Assembly: GCA_963734115.1 (NCBI GenBank) | Contig: CAVTFV010000008.1 | Coordinates: 367,537 to 431,536 of the forward strand | Direction: 5' to 3' | Origin: an uncultured Acidobacteriota bacterium | GTDB lineage: Bacteria > Actinomycetota > Acidimicrobiia > Spongiisociales > ZC4RG35 | DNA length: 64,000 nt | In this document: one piece after another, positions 9,521-19,252 of the stretch | Position numbering within the stretch: position 1 is the stretch's first letter | Layout: the number at the start of each line of letters is the position of its first letter | Program-made: the position numbers and the translations under genes | Notes under the pieces: generated by a model | What the model was told of the DNA's origin: nothing | Seen by the model: the letters and a program-made list of their open reading frames with translations, nothing else | Database searches by the model: none

Positions 9521-10096
9521 CTATGCGGACAACTCGAGCGGCAGCCGGTTGATGGCGGCCAACTCGAGGAAGAGATCGACCACGTGCGGGTCGAACTGGG
9601 TCCCGGCGTGTTTGCGAATCTCAGTCACCGCGAACTCGACAGGCAGGGCCTGCTGATAGGAGCGGGTCGAGGTCATCGCGTCGAATGCGTCGGCAACGAG
9701 GATGATCCGGCTGAGGATCGGGATTTCCTCGCCAGAGAGGCCGAAGGGATAGCCACGGCCGTCGTATCGCTCGTGGTGATAGAGGATCGCCTCTGCCACC
9801 TTCGGGTCGAGACGGTTGCGGGTCATGGCGAAACCGAGCTCCGGATGGCGGTTCATCAGCTCCCGCTCGGTGGGGTCGAGCGGGCCCGGCTTGCCGAGGA
9901 TGCCCGGATCGAGATGGATCTTGCCCACGTCGTGCAGCACCCCGGCCAGGGCCAGGCGATCGAGCTCGATCTCACCGAGCCCGATGCCGATGCCGAGGTT
10001 CACGGCTAGATCGGAGACCCGGTGCACGTGACCGTGCAAGTCCTCGATCACGTCCTCCATGACCTCGATCAAAATGTCTCTTGGAAGTTCCCGCAT
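9521..10096 (-). CDS. HD-GYP domain phosphohydrolase (putative c-di-GMP phosphodiesterase)
   Basis: HDVGK, HHERYDGRGYP (GYP motif) and metal-binding H/D residues. Stand-alone HD domain of 191 aa. Confidence 0.75.
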   Translation of the reverse strand: MRELPRDILIEVMEDVIEDLHGHVHRVSDLAVNLGIGIGLGEIELDRLALAGVLHDVGKIHLDPGILGKPGPLDPTERELMNRHPELGFAMTRNRLDPKVAEAILYHHERYDGRGYPFGLSGEEIPILSRIILVADAFDAMTSTRSYQQALPVEFAVTEIRKHAGTQFDPHVVDLFLELAAINRLPLELSA

Positions 10097-10258
10097 TACG
10101 AAATCACCCGGTGGGGAAGTCTGGTTGGAGGTCGCAGACTGGGGTATGGGCCGAATGGACTATATGCCATCGACAATGTGGACTAGCGCTACCGGCCCCC
10201 AGCCCGAAAGTTGGAGCCAGACGGCGTATTTCGCTAACTTTCCGCCAAGCGAAAGACG

Positions 10259-10342
10259 CGCTCATCAAGAGCGGTGGAGGGACAGGCCCTGCGAAACCGC
10301 GGCAACCGACTCGAACGGTGCCAATGCCTGAACGATGAGTGG
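10259..10342 (+). promoter_or_regulatory. SAM-I (S-box) riboswitch in the metY leader
   Basis: CGCUCAUCAAGAGCGGUGGAGGGACAGGCCCUGCGAAACCGCGGCAACC...GGUGCCAAUGCCUGAAC-GAUGAG matches the SAM-I consensus (P1 CUCAUC/GAUGAG, GGUGGAGGGA, GCAACC and GGUGCCAAUUCC-like boxes). It lies 60 nt upstream of the metY start. Confidence 0.85.
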
Positions 10343-10401
10343 CCGAGGACGGCTATCCGTCACGGTGCTCGGAAGAGCGCGTAGAGACAGGAGAAACCGT
10401 C

Positions 10402-11688
10402 ATGAGAGATCGAGAATTCGGGTTCGACACCCGTCAGATACACGCCGGGCAGCGACCGGACCCCGAGACCGGTGCCAGGGCGATGCCGATCTACGCCACC
10501 ACCTCGTTTGTCTTCGAGGATGCCCAGCAGGCTGCCGACCTGTTCGCACTGCAGAACTTCGGCAACATCTACACCCGGATCGGCAACCCCACCACTGCAG
10601 CATTCGAGGAGCGGATGGCATCGCTGGAAGGGGGATTGGGTGCACTGGCGACCTCGTCGGGCCAGGCAGCGCAGCTGATCTCGATTTTCACGCTGTGCAA
10701 CGCAGGTGATGAGATCGTCGCCTCCCGATCGCTATACGGCGGCACCTTCACCCAGTTCGACGTCACGCTGCGCCGCATGGGGATCAACGTCACCTTCGTC
10801 GACATCTCAGACCACGGCGCCGTCAAGGACGCGATCACACCCAAGACGAAGGCCCTCTATGGGGAGACCATCGGGAACCCGGCAGCCGACATCCTCGACA
10901 TCAGCGCCATCGCCGATATCGCTCACGACAATGGGATACCGCTGATCGTGGACAACACCTTCGCCACTCCGTATCTGTGCCGGCCGATCGAGCACGGGGC
11001 GGATATCGTGGTCCATTCTGCGACCAAGTTCATCGGCGGCCACGGAGTCGCCATCGCCGGGGTGATCGTCGAATCGGGTCTCTTCCCCTACGACAACGGC
11101 AACTTCCCCGGGATCACAGAGCCATCACCTGCCTATCACGACCTCATGTTCTGGGAGAACTTCCGGGAGTACGCCTTTCTGATGAAGGCGCGGGTGGAGA
11201 GCCTCCGCGATATCGGTGCCGCTCTCTCGCCGTTCAACTCGTTCGTGCTCCTGCTTGGTCTGGAGACACTCTCTCTGCGCATGGCCCGACACACCGAGAA
11301 CGCACGGAAGGTTGCCGAGTACCTCTCAGGGCACCCCGACGTGGCGTGGGTTCGCTACCCGATCTTCCCTAACAACCCATGGACCGACCTTGCGAACAAG
11401 TACGTCCCGGAAGGCCCTGGCGCGGTGTTCACGTTCGGGGTAAAAGGCGGCTTCGACCAGGCCGCCGAGTTCATCGCCCGAGTCGAGCTCGCCTCCCATC
11501 TCGCCAATGTCGGGGATGCCAAGACACTCGTGATCCATCCTGCCAGCACCACCCACCAGCAGGTGCCGGTGGAGGAGCGGCGAGCAGCGGGAGTCGGTGA
11601 CGAGATGATCCGGATCTCTGTCGGGTTGGAGGACATCGACGACATCCTCTGGGACCTTGGCCAAGCTCTGGAAGGGGAAGGGGAATGA
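10402..11688 (+). CDS. metY: O-acetylhomoserine aminocarboxypropyltransferase / sulfhydrylase (PLP-dependent)
   Basis: [12 protein letters not shown], a PLP-lysine region ([10 protein letters not shown]), and a Cys/Met-metabolism PLP-enzyme fold. GGAGA RBS 7 nt upstream of the ATG at 10402. The ORF-track start at 10339 lies inside the riboswitch. Confidence 0.88.
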   Translation: MRDREFGFDTRQIHAGQRPDPETGARAMPIYATTSFVFEDAQQAADLFALQNFGNIYTRIGNPTTAAFEERMASLEGGLGALATSSGQAAQLISIFTLCNAGDEIVASRSLYGGTFTQFDVTLRRMGINVTFVDISDHGAVKDAITPKTKALYGETIGNPAADILDISAIADIAHDNGIPLIVDNTFATPYLCRPIEHGADIVVHSATKFIGGHGVAIAGVIVESGLFPYDNGNFPGITEPSPAYHDLMFWENFREYAFLMKARVESLRDIGAALSPFNSFVLLLGLETLSLRMARHTENARKVAEYLSGHPDVAWVRYPIFPNNPWTDLANKYVPEGPGAVFTFGVKGGFDQAAEFIARVELASHLANVGDAKTLVIHPASTTHQQVPVEERRAAGVGDEMIRISVGLEDIDDILWDLGQALEGEGE

Positions 11689-12167
11689 CCACCGTCCTTC
11701 ACGAGGCAAGCGCGTTGGAGCGTCTCCAGATCATCCAATCGGCGCGGACCGTGGCCCTGGTTGGCGTGTCGGCGAACATCCTGCGCTCGTCCAACTTCGT
11801 CGCCACCTATTTGGTCCGAACCGATCTCGAGATGTACCCGGTGAACCCGATGTACGACGAGATCCTCGGGCTCAAGAGCTATCCGTCGCTGGCCGACCTC
11901 CCGGTTGTCCCCGACATCGTCGATGTCTTCCGTCGTCACGACGAGCTGCCCAATGTCGTCGATGAGGCGATCGCGATCGGGGCCAAGGTGGTCTGGTTCC
12001 AGTTGGGGCTCCGTCACGACGAGGCTGCCGCCAAGGCGACAGCTGCGGGGTTGCAGGTCGTTCAGGATCGGTGTCTGAAGATCGAGCACGCCCGATTCTC
12101 GGGGAAGCTGCATCTGGCCGGCTTCAACACCGGTGTGATCTCGTCTCGACGGCGGAGGCCTATTTAG
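11685..12167 (+). CDS. CoA-binding domain protein (YccU-like)
   Basis: ARTVALVGVSAN...YPVNP, a CoA-binding Rossmann-like motif. ATGA overlap with metY. Confidence 0.7.
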   Translation: MTTVLHEASALERLQIIQSARTVALVGVSANILRSSNFVATYLVRTDLEMYPVNPMYDEILGLKSYPSLADLPVVPDIVDVFRRHDELPNVVDEAIAIGAKVVWFQLGLRHDEAAAKATAAGLQVVQDRCLKIEHARFSGKLHLAGFNTGVISSRRRRPI

Positions 12168-12933
12168 TCAGGCCAGACCGTGGTGGCGTGCCGTCTCGAT
12201 GAAGGCGGAAACCCGTCCGGGGTCGAGAGATTCATTGGCAACGCCGTCCAGTTTCAGGTACGAACCGACGATGACTGTGTCGGCGACCTCGGCCAAAGCG
12301 CCCAGGTTGTCGACACTGGCACCAGAGCCGATCACCAACCGCGTCCCTTTGGGCATGACCGATCGCGCCAGCCCGGCCTCCTGCAGATCTGGCTCCAGCC
12401 CGGTGCCGACGCCCGACACGATCACGGCGTCGGCGAGGCCACGACTCATCGTGTCCTCCACTGCTTGCCTGATCTCGAGACCGGGTGGGGGAGTGGCGTG
12501 CTTGACCAGCACATCAGCCCAGATCTCCACGCCCGGGGCTAGTGCCGCCCGGCGACGGGCCAATTCGTCGGCGCGCCCGACGATCGGCCCCTGGTCGGTG
12601 TACATGACCCCGGTGAGCACATTGACCCGGATGAAGGCGGCCGCGGTCACGGCGGCGATGCCCAGAGCGGAGAGGGCGTCATTGCGGAGCACGTTGACGC
12701 CGAACGGGAGCCCGGTGGCATCGCGTACGACTCGCGCCGCCAACGCCATGGCGGCGACCGTCTCCGGGTCGGATGAGTCGGCGTGAAAGGGTACGTCACC
12801 GAAGTTCTCCACGAGCAGCGCGGGGAATCCGGCTTCGGCCAGAGCCACCGCATCGCCAGCCGCGGCAGTCGAGGACGTCGTCGATCGAGCCCTTGAACCC
12901 GGGTGAGCCGGGAAGCGGGAGAAGATGGATCAT
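12168..12933 (-). pseudogene. btpA: BtpA/SgcQ family TIM-barrel protein, split by a +1 frameshift near 12867
   Basis: N-terminal MIHLLPLPGSPGFKGSIDDVLD is in one frame and AAAGDAVALAEAGFPALLVENFGDVPF continues in another. Removing one base near 12867 restores a continuous BtpA-like protein. Confidence 0.65.
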
Positions 12934-12956
12934 CCCCACGAGGCGGGGGATGGGGC

Positions 12957-13688
12957 TCAAAGGTAAGCCCTGGCTACCTGCATCGCTTTCTCGGCGTATT
13001 CGCCGGAGACTTTGAGGTTGGTCTTCTTCGGCTTGATCCTCCGCACCGCGATTCGGGCCCAATCCGACGCCGAGCCCTTGATCAGCTCGTCGGTGTCTTC
13101 GGGGCCGTAGACCCACTTGGCGTATCCGGGGCCGATGACCTCGACGCGGATTGGCTCGTAGTCCTCTCCGGCGTGCTTGAAGGCGTGGGGGAGGGTCTTC
13201 CATCCCAGCCAGCAAACGTGTCGGATCCGGGCGGTGTCTTCGACCTCGATGCCAAGCGTGGCGTAGATGTCGAGACCGTGCATCCAGGTCTCCATGAGAC
13301 GGAACGTGGCGAAGGTGCGGGCACTCATGTCACCGTCGATCCAGTCGATCCTGGAGTCCGGCTCCATGTGCGAGAGCGGCTCCACGACCTTGGCCCTGCC
13401 GCCGCGCCACCATTCGATCACGTCTTGAGGGCGCATGCTGCGGCCCTTCTTGATCGCCTCGGCGCGGAGCGGGCCGAGCTTCGGAGCGTTCTGCCAACGC
13501 TTGAGCATTTTCCCGCCGGCGATGGTGTCGGCGGCCAACTCCTCGTAATCGGCGAGATGGGCGATCGTGTCGCGCACCGTCCATGGCTTGGACGGCGTGA
13601 CCATGTCCCAGATCTTGATGGGGATCCTCTGGAGGGACTGATCGAGGAACTGTTGCTCGGCTACCAGGTCCGAAAGGATGTCGCGCAC
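12957..13688 (-). CDS. TIGR03084/DinB-MDMPI-like actinobacterial protein (mycothiol maleylpyruvate isomerase N-domain-like)
   Basis: 243 aa; WTVRDTIAHLADYEE is a DinB/MDMPI_N-type motif. Conserved actinobacterial hypothetical. Confidence 0.55.
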   Translation of the reverse strand: MRDILSDLVAEQQFLDQSLQRIPIKIWDMVTPSKPWTVRDTIAHLADYEELAADTIAGGKMLKRWQNAPKLGPLRAEAIKKGRSMRPQDVIEWWRGGRAKVVEPLSHMEPDSRIDWIDGDMSARTFATFRLMETWMHGLDIYATLGIEVEDTARIRHVCWLGWKTLPHAFKHAGEDYEPIRVEVIGPGYAKWVYGPEDTDELIKGSASDWARIAVRRIKPKKTNLKVSGEYAEKAMQVARAYL

Positions 13689-13738
13689 GTCCCAATGGTA
13701 GCCGGAGGCCGGGTTTTAATCCCAGGCCAAACCTCGCA

Positions 13739-14821
13739 CTACCAGGGTCTTTCTGCGTGCTCTTCGGTCATCGGCTCGGGCAGGTGGGAAGGTTTGGGGG
13801 CGACCACCAGGTCGTTGAGGGCGTCGATCATCATCCGCAGACGGCCGAAATGGCGGCGGTCGAACACGAAGGCGATGCGGTGCAGGTGGAGCGCATCGGT
13901 GTCCTCCAACTCGGCCACGCTGGGCTCGACCTTCTCGATCTTGCCTTCGACGACGATGTCTGCGAAGTCGGCGTTGAGCTTCTCGATCGTGTCGTCGGAA
14001 GGCTCCTCGTTGAGTCTCAGGACCAGCCTTCCGCCCGAGTAGCGGGAGGAGTGGTAGTTGCCGTAGAAATGCCACATGTGCTCGGCGGCGGCCTGGGCGT
14101 CCGTGGTCTGGAAGAAAAGGGACATGTCCGACTCGCTGATGAGCCCGCGATCAAGCTGCTGCTCCACGATGAACCCGATCATCGGCTCCCAATAGCCAGT
14201 CCCCTCTGCTTCGAGCAAGACCACGGGGTGGAGATCGCTCTTGCCTGTCTGGACCAGAGTGAGCAGCTCGAACGTCTCGTCGAGCGTGCCCCAGCCACCC
14301 GGGAGCAGGACGAAGGCGTGTGCCTCCTTCACAAAACCGAGCTTGCGGGTGAAGAAGTACTTGAAATTGACCGTTCGCTCGGGGGCGATGTGTTTGGGGA
14401 CCTCGTCCTCGAAGGGGAGACGGATGTTCACGCCATAGGCATGGTCTATGCCTGCGCCGCGGCTGCCCGCCTCCATGATCCCCGGGCCTGCGCCGGTGAT
14501 GATGCCCCATCCACTCTTGGCCATGATCGAGGCGAACTCCTCGGTCAACGCGTAGTTGGGATCGCCCTCCTTGATCCGGGCCGAGCCATAGATGGTCACT
14601 TTCGGCTCTTTGTGCCGGGCGAAGACGAGGTTCGAGTAGCGCATCTCCTTCAGCGCAGTGTTGATCAGCTTCAGGTCCGCCCGCGAAGCACCGTCTCTGC
14701 CCAGCTTGATGGCGGTCACGATCAGCTCGTTGATGAGCTCGGGGTGCTGCGTGGTCGTGGCCGCCGACACGAGCTCGACGAGCTTGGCATCTAGCTCGGG
14801 GTTGCCCAAGTCGTAAGGCAT
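13739..14821 (-). CDS. LOG-family (TIGR00730) nucleotide 5'-monophosphate nucleosidase, extended PpnN-like form
   Basis: Core LOG motifs GAGPGIMEAGSRGA and LLPGGWGTLDE, plus about 100 aa N-terminal and 110 aa C-terminal extensions. 360 aa. Confidence 0.75.
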   Translation of the reverse strand: MPYDLGNPELDAKLVELVSAATTTQHPELINELIVTAIKLGRDGASRADLKLINTALKEMRYSNLVFARHKEPKVTIYGSARIKEGDPNYALTEEFASIMAKSGWGIITGAGPGIMEAGSRGAGIDHAYGVNIRLPFEDEVPKHIAPERTVNFKYFFTRKLGFVKEAHAFVLLPGGWGTLDETFELLTLVQTGKSDLHPVVLLEAEGTGYWEPMIGFIVEQQLDRGLISESDMSLFFQTTDAQAAAEHMWHFYGNYHSSRYSGGRLVLRLNEEPSDDTIEKLNADFADIVVEGKIEKVEPSVAELEDTDALHLHRIAFVFDRRHFGRLRMMIDALNDLVVAPKPSHLPEPMTEEHAERPW

Positions 14822-14854
14822 CCCCCGACGGTACTCAGGTACCGGACAACGACG

Positions 14855-15844
14855 TTAGAACGGCTTGGCGGACGGGCCTTTGCGCACCACCGCGTTCCAC
14901 ACCGTCTCGTAATGGTCCCGGTCGAAGAGGTCGACGTGGGGGAGCACGTACTCCTCCCAGGCTTGCCGGAGGGGATCAGGGCGGTCCGAGTGAACCACCA
15001 GGCCGGTGGGAAGGCGATCGAGCACAGAGCGCAGCGACAGGGGTGTCTCTACCCTGACTCCTGAGTCCTGAGCCTCGAAGGAAGCGTTCACCTCGACGGC
15101 GAGACGGGCGATGGCCGTCACGTACTCCTCCTTCAACCGCGGATACCTGCGAGTGAGCATGGCCTCGACCTGGTCTCCGCCGGGGAAGTTCTTCTCCCAG
15201 ATCACCCAGCGATCGGCGAACGCCTTGTTCAGTGTCTGCGTGCCCGCATAGTCGCGGAGGTCGGTCGGGTTCATCGTCCCGAAGATCCGCACGTCAGGCC
15301 TCAGCCGCACCGTCTCACCGGTGGGCAAGTCGAGCGATGAGTAGCGGTCGAGCAAGCCGTGGAGCGCGAACAGGGTCTCGGCCCCGGCCGCGTTCAACTC
15401 AGAGAGGTTCAGCAAGGAGGGACCACGCAGGGCACGGGTGATGTCTCCGTCCTCCCAGCGACTTTCCGTGCCCCCTTTTCCGTCGCCGTGGAGACGGGTG
15501 GACCCGATCAGGGTGACGTCGCGAACCTCTCCGGTGAGGGGAATCCGGAAGTAGGGGAGACCCATTGCGGCGGCGAACTGCTCGATGTCGTGGTCCTTGC
15601 CGGTCCCCATGTGCCCTCGCACCGCGACATGGAGCGGCACCAGGCCTTCGGCCCCCGACGCCCGGGCGTGCTCCAGCTGGGCGAACCGGTAGAGCATTCC
15701 CAGATCGACGTAGTGCGGGTCGGGCTCGGGGACCTTGCGATGCCTCAGCTCGGTGTCCGGCACGTCGTCGGGGATCTCGAATCGCTCGAGGGTGATAGCC
15801 GGCCCTTCACCGGCCGGGTCTTCGAAAATGACTTTCTTAGGCAA
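14855..15844 (-). CDS. CobS-like MoxR/CbbQ-type AAA+ ATPase with an atypical Walker A (GHMGTGKD)
   Basis: VRGHMGTGKDHDIEQFAAAMGLPYFRIPL, VRIFGTMNPTD (sensor-1-like) and DRWVIW resemble aerobic cobaltochelatase CobS and NorQ-family ATPases. Overlaps the upstream VWA gene by 8 nt. Confidence 0.7.
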   Translation of the reverse strand: MPKKVIFEDPAGEGPAITLERFEIPDDVPDTELRHRKVPEPDPHYVDLGMLYRFAQLEHARASGAEGLVPLHVAVRGHMGTGKDHDIEQFAAAMGLPYFRIPLTGEVRDVTLIGSTRLHGDGKGGTESRWEDGDITRALRGPSLLNLSELNAAGAETLFALHGLLDRYSSLDLPTGETVRLRPDVRIFGTMNPTDLRDYAGTQTLNKAFADRWVIWEKNFPGGDQVEAMLTRRYPRLKEEYVTAIARLAVEVNASFEAQDSGVRVETPLSLRSVLDRLPTGLVVHSDRPDPLRQAWEEYVLPHVDLFDRDHYETVWNAVVRKGPSAKPF

Positions 15845-17918
15845 CAGATGTCTCCTGGTATGTCTTGATCTCTGACGCCCTCAGCCACCAAGTGTCCATG
15901 CCCCAAAGGGCGAGACTTCGACGCAGGGCGTTTCGGGTTCCATTGATCATTGCCTGGGTCAGGTCCTCGGGTTGGGACACGACCTCGTGACGACGGTAGG
16001 CCTCGTCGACGGTGTGATCCCCGATCCCGATCCCGATCACGGTGGTACCACTGGCCTCGACCGCGGCCACCGACTTGGCCAGCGCCTCGAGCGAACCACG
16101 GGTCATCCCGTCGGCGAGCACCATGAGCACCCGCACCTGGGCACCGAGCCGGGCCATGCGCTCGGCGGCGTGGATGATGTTGAACTCGTCCACGTTGGCC
16201 GCCTTTTCGAACAGGGACACCGGTGGAGCCTTCTTGGGGTCCCGGCGGGCCAGCGTGGCCGCCGATCTCGGCTCCGCCGCCGTGTAGAAGAGGCCTGCGA
16301 GCGTCGGCTCGGCGTCTCGCCAGCGCCGCTCGAACGGCTTGACGACGTAGTGGTTCACTGTGGTGGTGAGACGATCGGCAGCCGTGCCCTGGGTTCGCCT
16401 CAGCCCAGCTGTGGCCGCCGACCTCTTCCGGCGGTAGCTGTCCTCGGTGTCATCTGGCCGTGCAGCAAAGCCGCGATTGAACAGGGCCACCTCGAAGTCG
16501 ATCTGCAGCTCGTCGCAGAGCCGGGCCATCGTCCAGGCCCCGAGCATGGCCGCCGGCATCGCCCACGAACTGCCCGCTTTGCCGGGGCTGAGCATCGAGG
16601 CCGAGGCGTCGACGAGCAGCGAGACGGCATAAGTCCGCCTGGTTCGCGCCGCTCTCCGTTCGTAGAGACGCTGATAGAGCCCTGCCCCGATGAAGAGAGC
16701 CGCGTGGGGGGACACATCACCCTGGTCGAAGCCGGAGCGGAGCCCTCTGCGCTGGTTGGCGGCGAAGAGTGGGAACAACTCCCCGGACACCCGACGCTGG
16801 GCAATGCCCCAACGTTGCGCTGTCCGTGCCAGCGCCACGGCTCCCTCATTGGAGAAGCGGGCAAAAGAGGACGGGATCGGCCCCACGACCAGCTTTCCAC
16901 CCTGACCGGTGGGAAGGAAGACGTCGGGCGCCTGACTGACCCGCAGCAGCTGGTCGGTCGACTCTTCGTCGGCGATATCGGAGGCACCTTTTCGGTCGGA
17001 CATGCCGGAGCGGGCCTCGCTCGACCGTCTGGTGTCCTGGTAGGAATCGGCATCGGTGAGGATCGGCGAGGTCATGCGCACCGCATCCACCCCGTCTTTG
17101 GCCTTCTCGGCGTCCGCCTGAGCTGCATGTTGTTGCTTGGCATGCGTGTCGTTGGCCTGCACTTCGGTGATCAGGCCATGGGCACGGGCGATGGCTTCCA
17201 GCTCCAGGGCGAGTTGCGCCACCTCCCATGGATCATCGGAATCTGCTGCCATTTCGCAGTGATGCATTGCGTCATCTATCGCCGCAGTGGCTCGTGACTC
17301 GAAGCGCTTCTCCAGGACCTCGCGCTCGATGTACCCGCCGGTGAGGAGAAAGCAGCCGAGAACGAACTGGCTGAGGGCCCCCGAACGCGAGATGGCCTGG
17401 CTGAGGGATGACATGTACAGGTCGGCAAGCACCGATCTGGCCCCGGGATAGGCAGCGAGACCTTGTGCCTCCTGTCTTGCGTCTTCGAGGGAGAAGAACA
17501 GAACCTCGGCCACAGGCTTGTTGGTGCGCTCGAGAGCGGTGAGCAGGTCGACCTTTACGTCCGGGGCAAATTCGCCCTCGATGGGCCATCCGTCGGGGAC
17601 CTCCCTCGTCTCGTCGAGGTTGGTGGATACAAGATGCATGACCTCATGCAAGGCGGAGGCAATGGCCACCTCGTCGGGGGTGACCGGGGCGTGGCGGTGG
17701 TACGCCGCCTGGAAGATCCGGGGATCGCAAACCACCTCGTCGGCCGAGGCCGCCGCCTCCGAGCCGAGCCGAACCCGCAGATTCGGGTTGTTGGACAGGG
17801 TCCTGGCGAATCGAGTGACCGCCGGGGCGACACGCTGATAGCGGCTCACCACGGCCTCGATTGCCTGGTCTTCGGGCCCGATCAGGTCGGTGAGAAACGT
17901 CTGGTCGCGTCCGCGCAT
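15837..17918 (-). CDS. CobT/NorD-like protein with C-terminal von Willebrand factor A (VWA) domain
   Basis: 693 aa. The C-terminal VWA has a MIDAS motif (SLLVDASASM). A large helical N-terminal region gives a CobT/NorD/CbbO-like architecture. Tandem with the AAA+ gene. Confidence 0.7.
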   Translation of the reverse strand: MRGRDQTFLTDLIGPEDQAIEAVVSRYQRVAPAVTRFARTLSNNPNLRVRLGSEAAASADEVVCDPRIFQAAYHRHAPVTPDEVAIASALHEVMHLVSTNLDETREVPDGWPIEGEFAPDVKVDLLTALERTNKPVAEVLFFSLEDARQEAQGLAAYPGARSVLADLYMSSLSQAISRSGALSQFVLGCFLLTGGYIEREVLEKRFESRATAAIDDAMHHCEMAADSDDPWEVAQLALELEAIARAHGLITEVQANDTHAKQQHAAQADAEKAKDGVDAVRMTSPILTDADSYQDTRRSSEARSGMSDRKGASDIADEESTDQLLRVSQAPDVFLPTGQGGKLVVGPIPSSFARFSNEGAVALARTAQRWGIAQRRVSGELFPLFAANQRRGLRSGFDQGDVSPHAALFIGAGLYQRLYERRAARTRRTYAVSLLVDASASMLSPGKAGSSWAMPAAMLGAWTMARLCDELQIDFEVALFNRGFAARPDDTEDSYRRKRSAATAGLRRTQGTAADRLTTTVNHYVVKPFERRWRDAEPTLAGLFYTAAEPRSAATLARRDPKKAPPVSLFEKAANVDEFNIIHAAERMARLGAQVRVLMVLADGMTRGSLEALAKSVAAVEASGTTVIGIGIGDHTVDEAYRRHEVVSQPEDLTQAMINGTRNALRRSLALWGMDTWWLRASEIKTYQETSVA

Positions 17919-17938
17919 AGCCAGTCATTGTCTCATGG

Positions 17939-19252
17939 GTGTCAAACTGGGTGGCAGGCCCGCGAACGGTATCGGTGGCGGACCCATACACTCCCGACGT
18001 GCATTACGACCTCACCACCCTCCCCAACGGGCTTCGTGTCATCACCGAGCCCATGCCCTCCCTTCGCTCGGTTGCCCTCGGCTGCTGGGTCGATACCGGT
18101 ACCCGAGACGAGTTGCCCAATGAGCAGGGCGCCTCCCACTTTCTCGAGCATCTTCTCTTCAAGGGCTCGGAGAAGCTGTCGGCCCGACAGGTCTCGGAGA
18201 TCTTCGACGCCATAGGTGCGGAATCAAACGCCTTCACCTCGAAGGAGAGCACCTGTTATTGGGTCAGGCTCCTCGATCAGGACCTGGGCACCGGATTCGA
18301 TGTCCTTTCCGAGATGTTGCAACGGCCCGCCTTTCGGCAGAACGAGATCGACGCCGAGCGTCAGGTGGTCATAGAAGAGATCAACATGAACGACGACGAT
18401 CCGGACGACGTCGCCTTCGAGAACTTCACGATGGCCGTTTTCGTCGACCACCCCCTCGAGGCGCCCGTCCTGGGGACGCGCGAGTCGATCCGAGCGATGT
18501 CGCGGGACGACATCCTCGGTTACTGGAAGCGCCGATACGGGGCCGGGTCGATGGTGGTGGCCGCGGCGGGATCGATCGACCATGACTCGGTGGTGGACAT
18601 GGTGGCCGAGCGGTTCGGCGATTGGTCGGGAGAGACCGTCGAACATGAGCAGGCCGAAGCTGCCCCCTGGCCGACAGTCAAGATCACCCATCGGGACACT
18701 GAGCAAGCCCACCTCGTCATCGGGGGCAAGGGGCTGACCCGTAGTGACGAGAGGCGTTGGGCCTTCGAGGTGCTCAACCACGTGATGGGATCGGGCATGT
18801 CCTCCCGGCTTTTCCGGGAGATCCGTGAGGAGCGAGGCCTGGCCTATGCGGTCTACGGGTTCAAGATGGCCTACGCCGATGCCGGCGCCTGGGGTGTCTA
18901 CGTCGGGACCACGCCAAACCAGACCGAGACCGCGATGGGCGTGATTCGGGATGAGCTGGACAAGGTCGTCGAGGAGGGGATCACTGTCGAGGAGCTGGAG
19001 CGAGCCAAGGGATCGATGCGTGGAGGTCTGGCACTTGCCATGGAAGATCCCAATAGCCGAATGGTGAGGCTGGGTCGGGACGAGCTGGCGGGCATGCCCC
19101 ATCTGTCCGTCGATGAGCGACTGGCCAAGCTGGAGTCAGTCACTCTCGAGGAGGTTCAGGGCATCGCCAGGGACATGTACCGGGGCCAGCGCATGATCGG
19201 TGCGGTTGGGCCTTACGAAGAAGGTGAGTTGGATCAGTACCTGGCGGTCTGA
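17939..19252 (+). CDS. M16 family zinc peptidase (insulinase/PqqL-like)
   Basis: Inverted zinc-binding motif HFLEH, TTLPNGLRVITE N-terminus, 437 aa. Confidence 0.85.
   Translation: MSNWVAGPRTVSVADPYTPDVHYDLTTLPNGLRVITEPMPSLRSVALGCWVDTGTRDELPNEQGASHFLEHLLFKGSEKLSARQVSEIFDAIGAESNAFTSKESTCYWVRLLDQDLGTGFDVLSEMLQRPAFRQNEIDAERQVVIEEINMNDDDPDDVAFENFTMAVFVDHPLEAPVLGTRESIRAMSRDDILGYWKRRYGAGSMVVAAAGSIDHDSVVDMVAERFGDWSGETVEHEQAEAAPWPTVKITHRDTEQAHLVIGGKGLTRSDERRWAFEVLNHVMGSGMSSRLFREIREERGLAYAVYGFKMAYADAGAWGVYVGTTPNQTETAMGVIRDELDKVVEEGITVEELERAKGSMRGGLALAMEDPNSRMVRLGRDELAGMPHLSVDERLAKLESVTLEEVQGIARDMYRGQRMIGAVGPYEEGELDQYLAV

Noticed and set aside
12903-14042. 379-aa plus-strand ORF and several 100-270-aa ORFs overlapping real genes (for example 3162..3980, 3203..4009, 6064..6894, 20480..21499, 38942..40222, 39118..39963, 18224..19102)
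   Set aside because: These are alternative-frame or antisense ORFs typical of about 68 % GC DNA. They overlap genes with clear homology-type motifs and have Arg/Pro/Gly-rich composition.
15972-17297. 441-aa plus-strand ORF
   Set aside because: It is antisense to the CobT-like VWA gene and has no recognisable domain.
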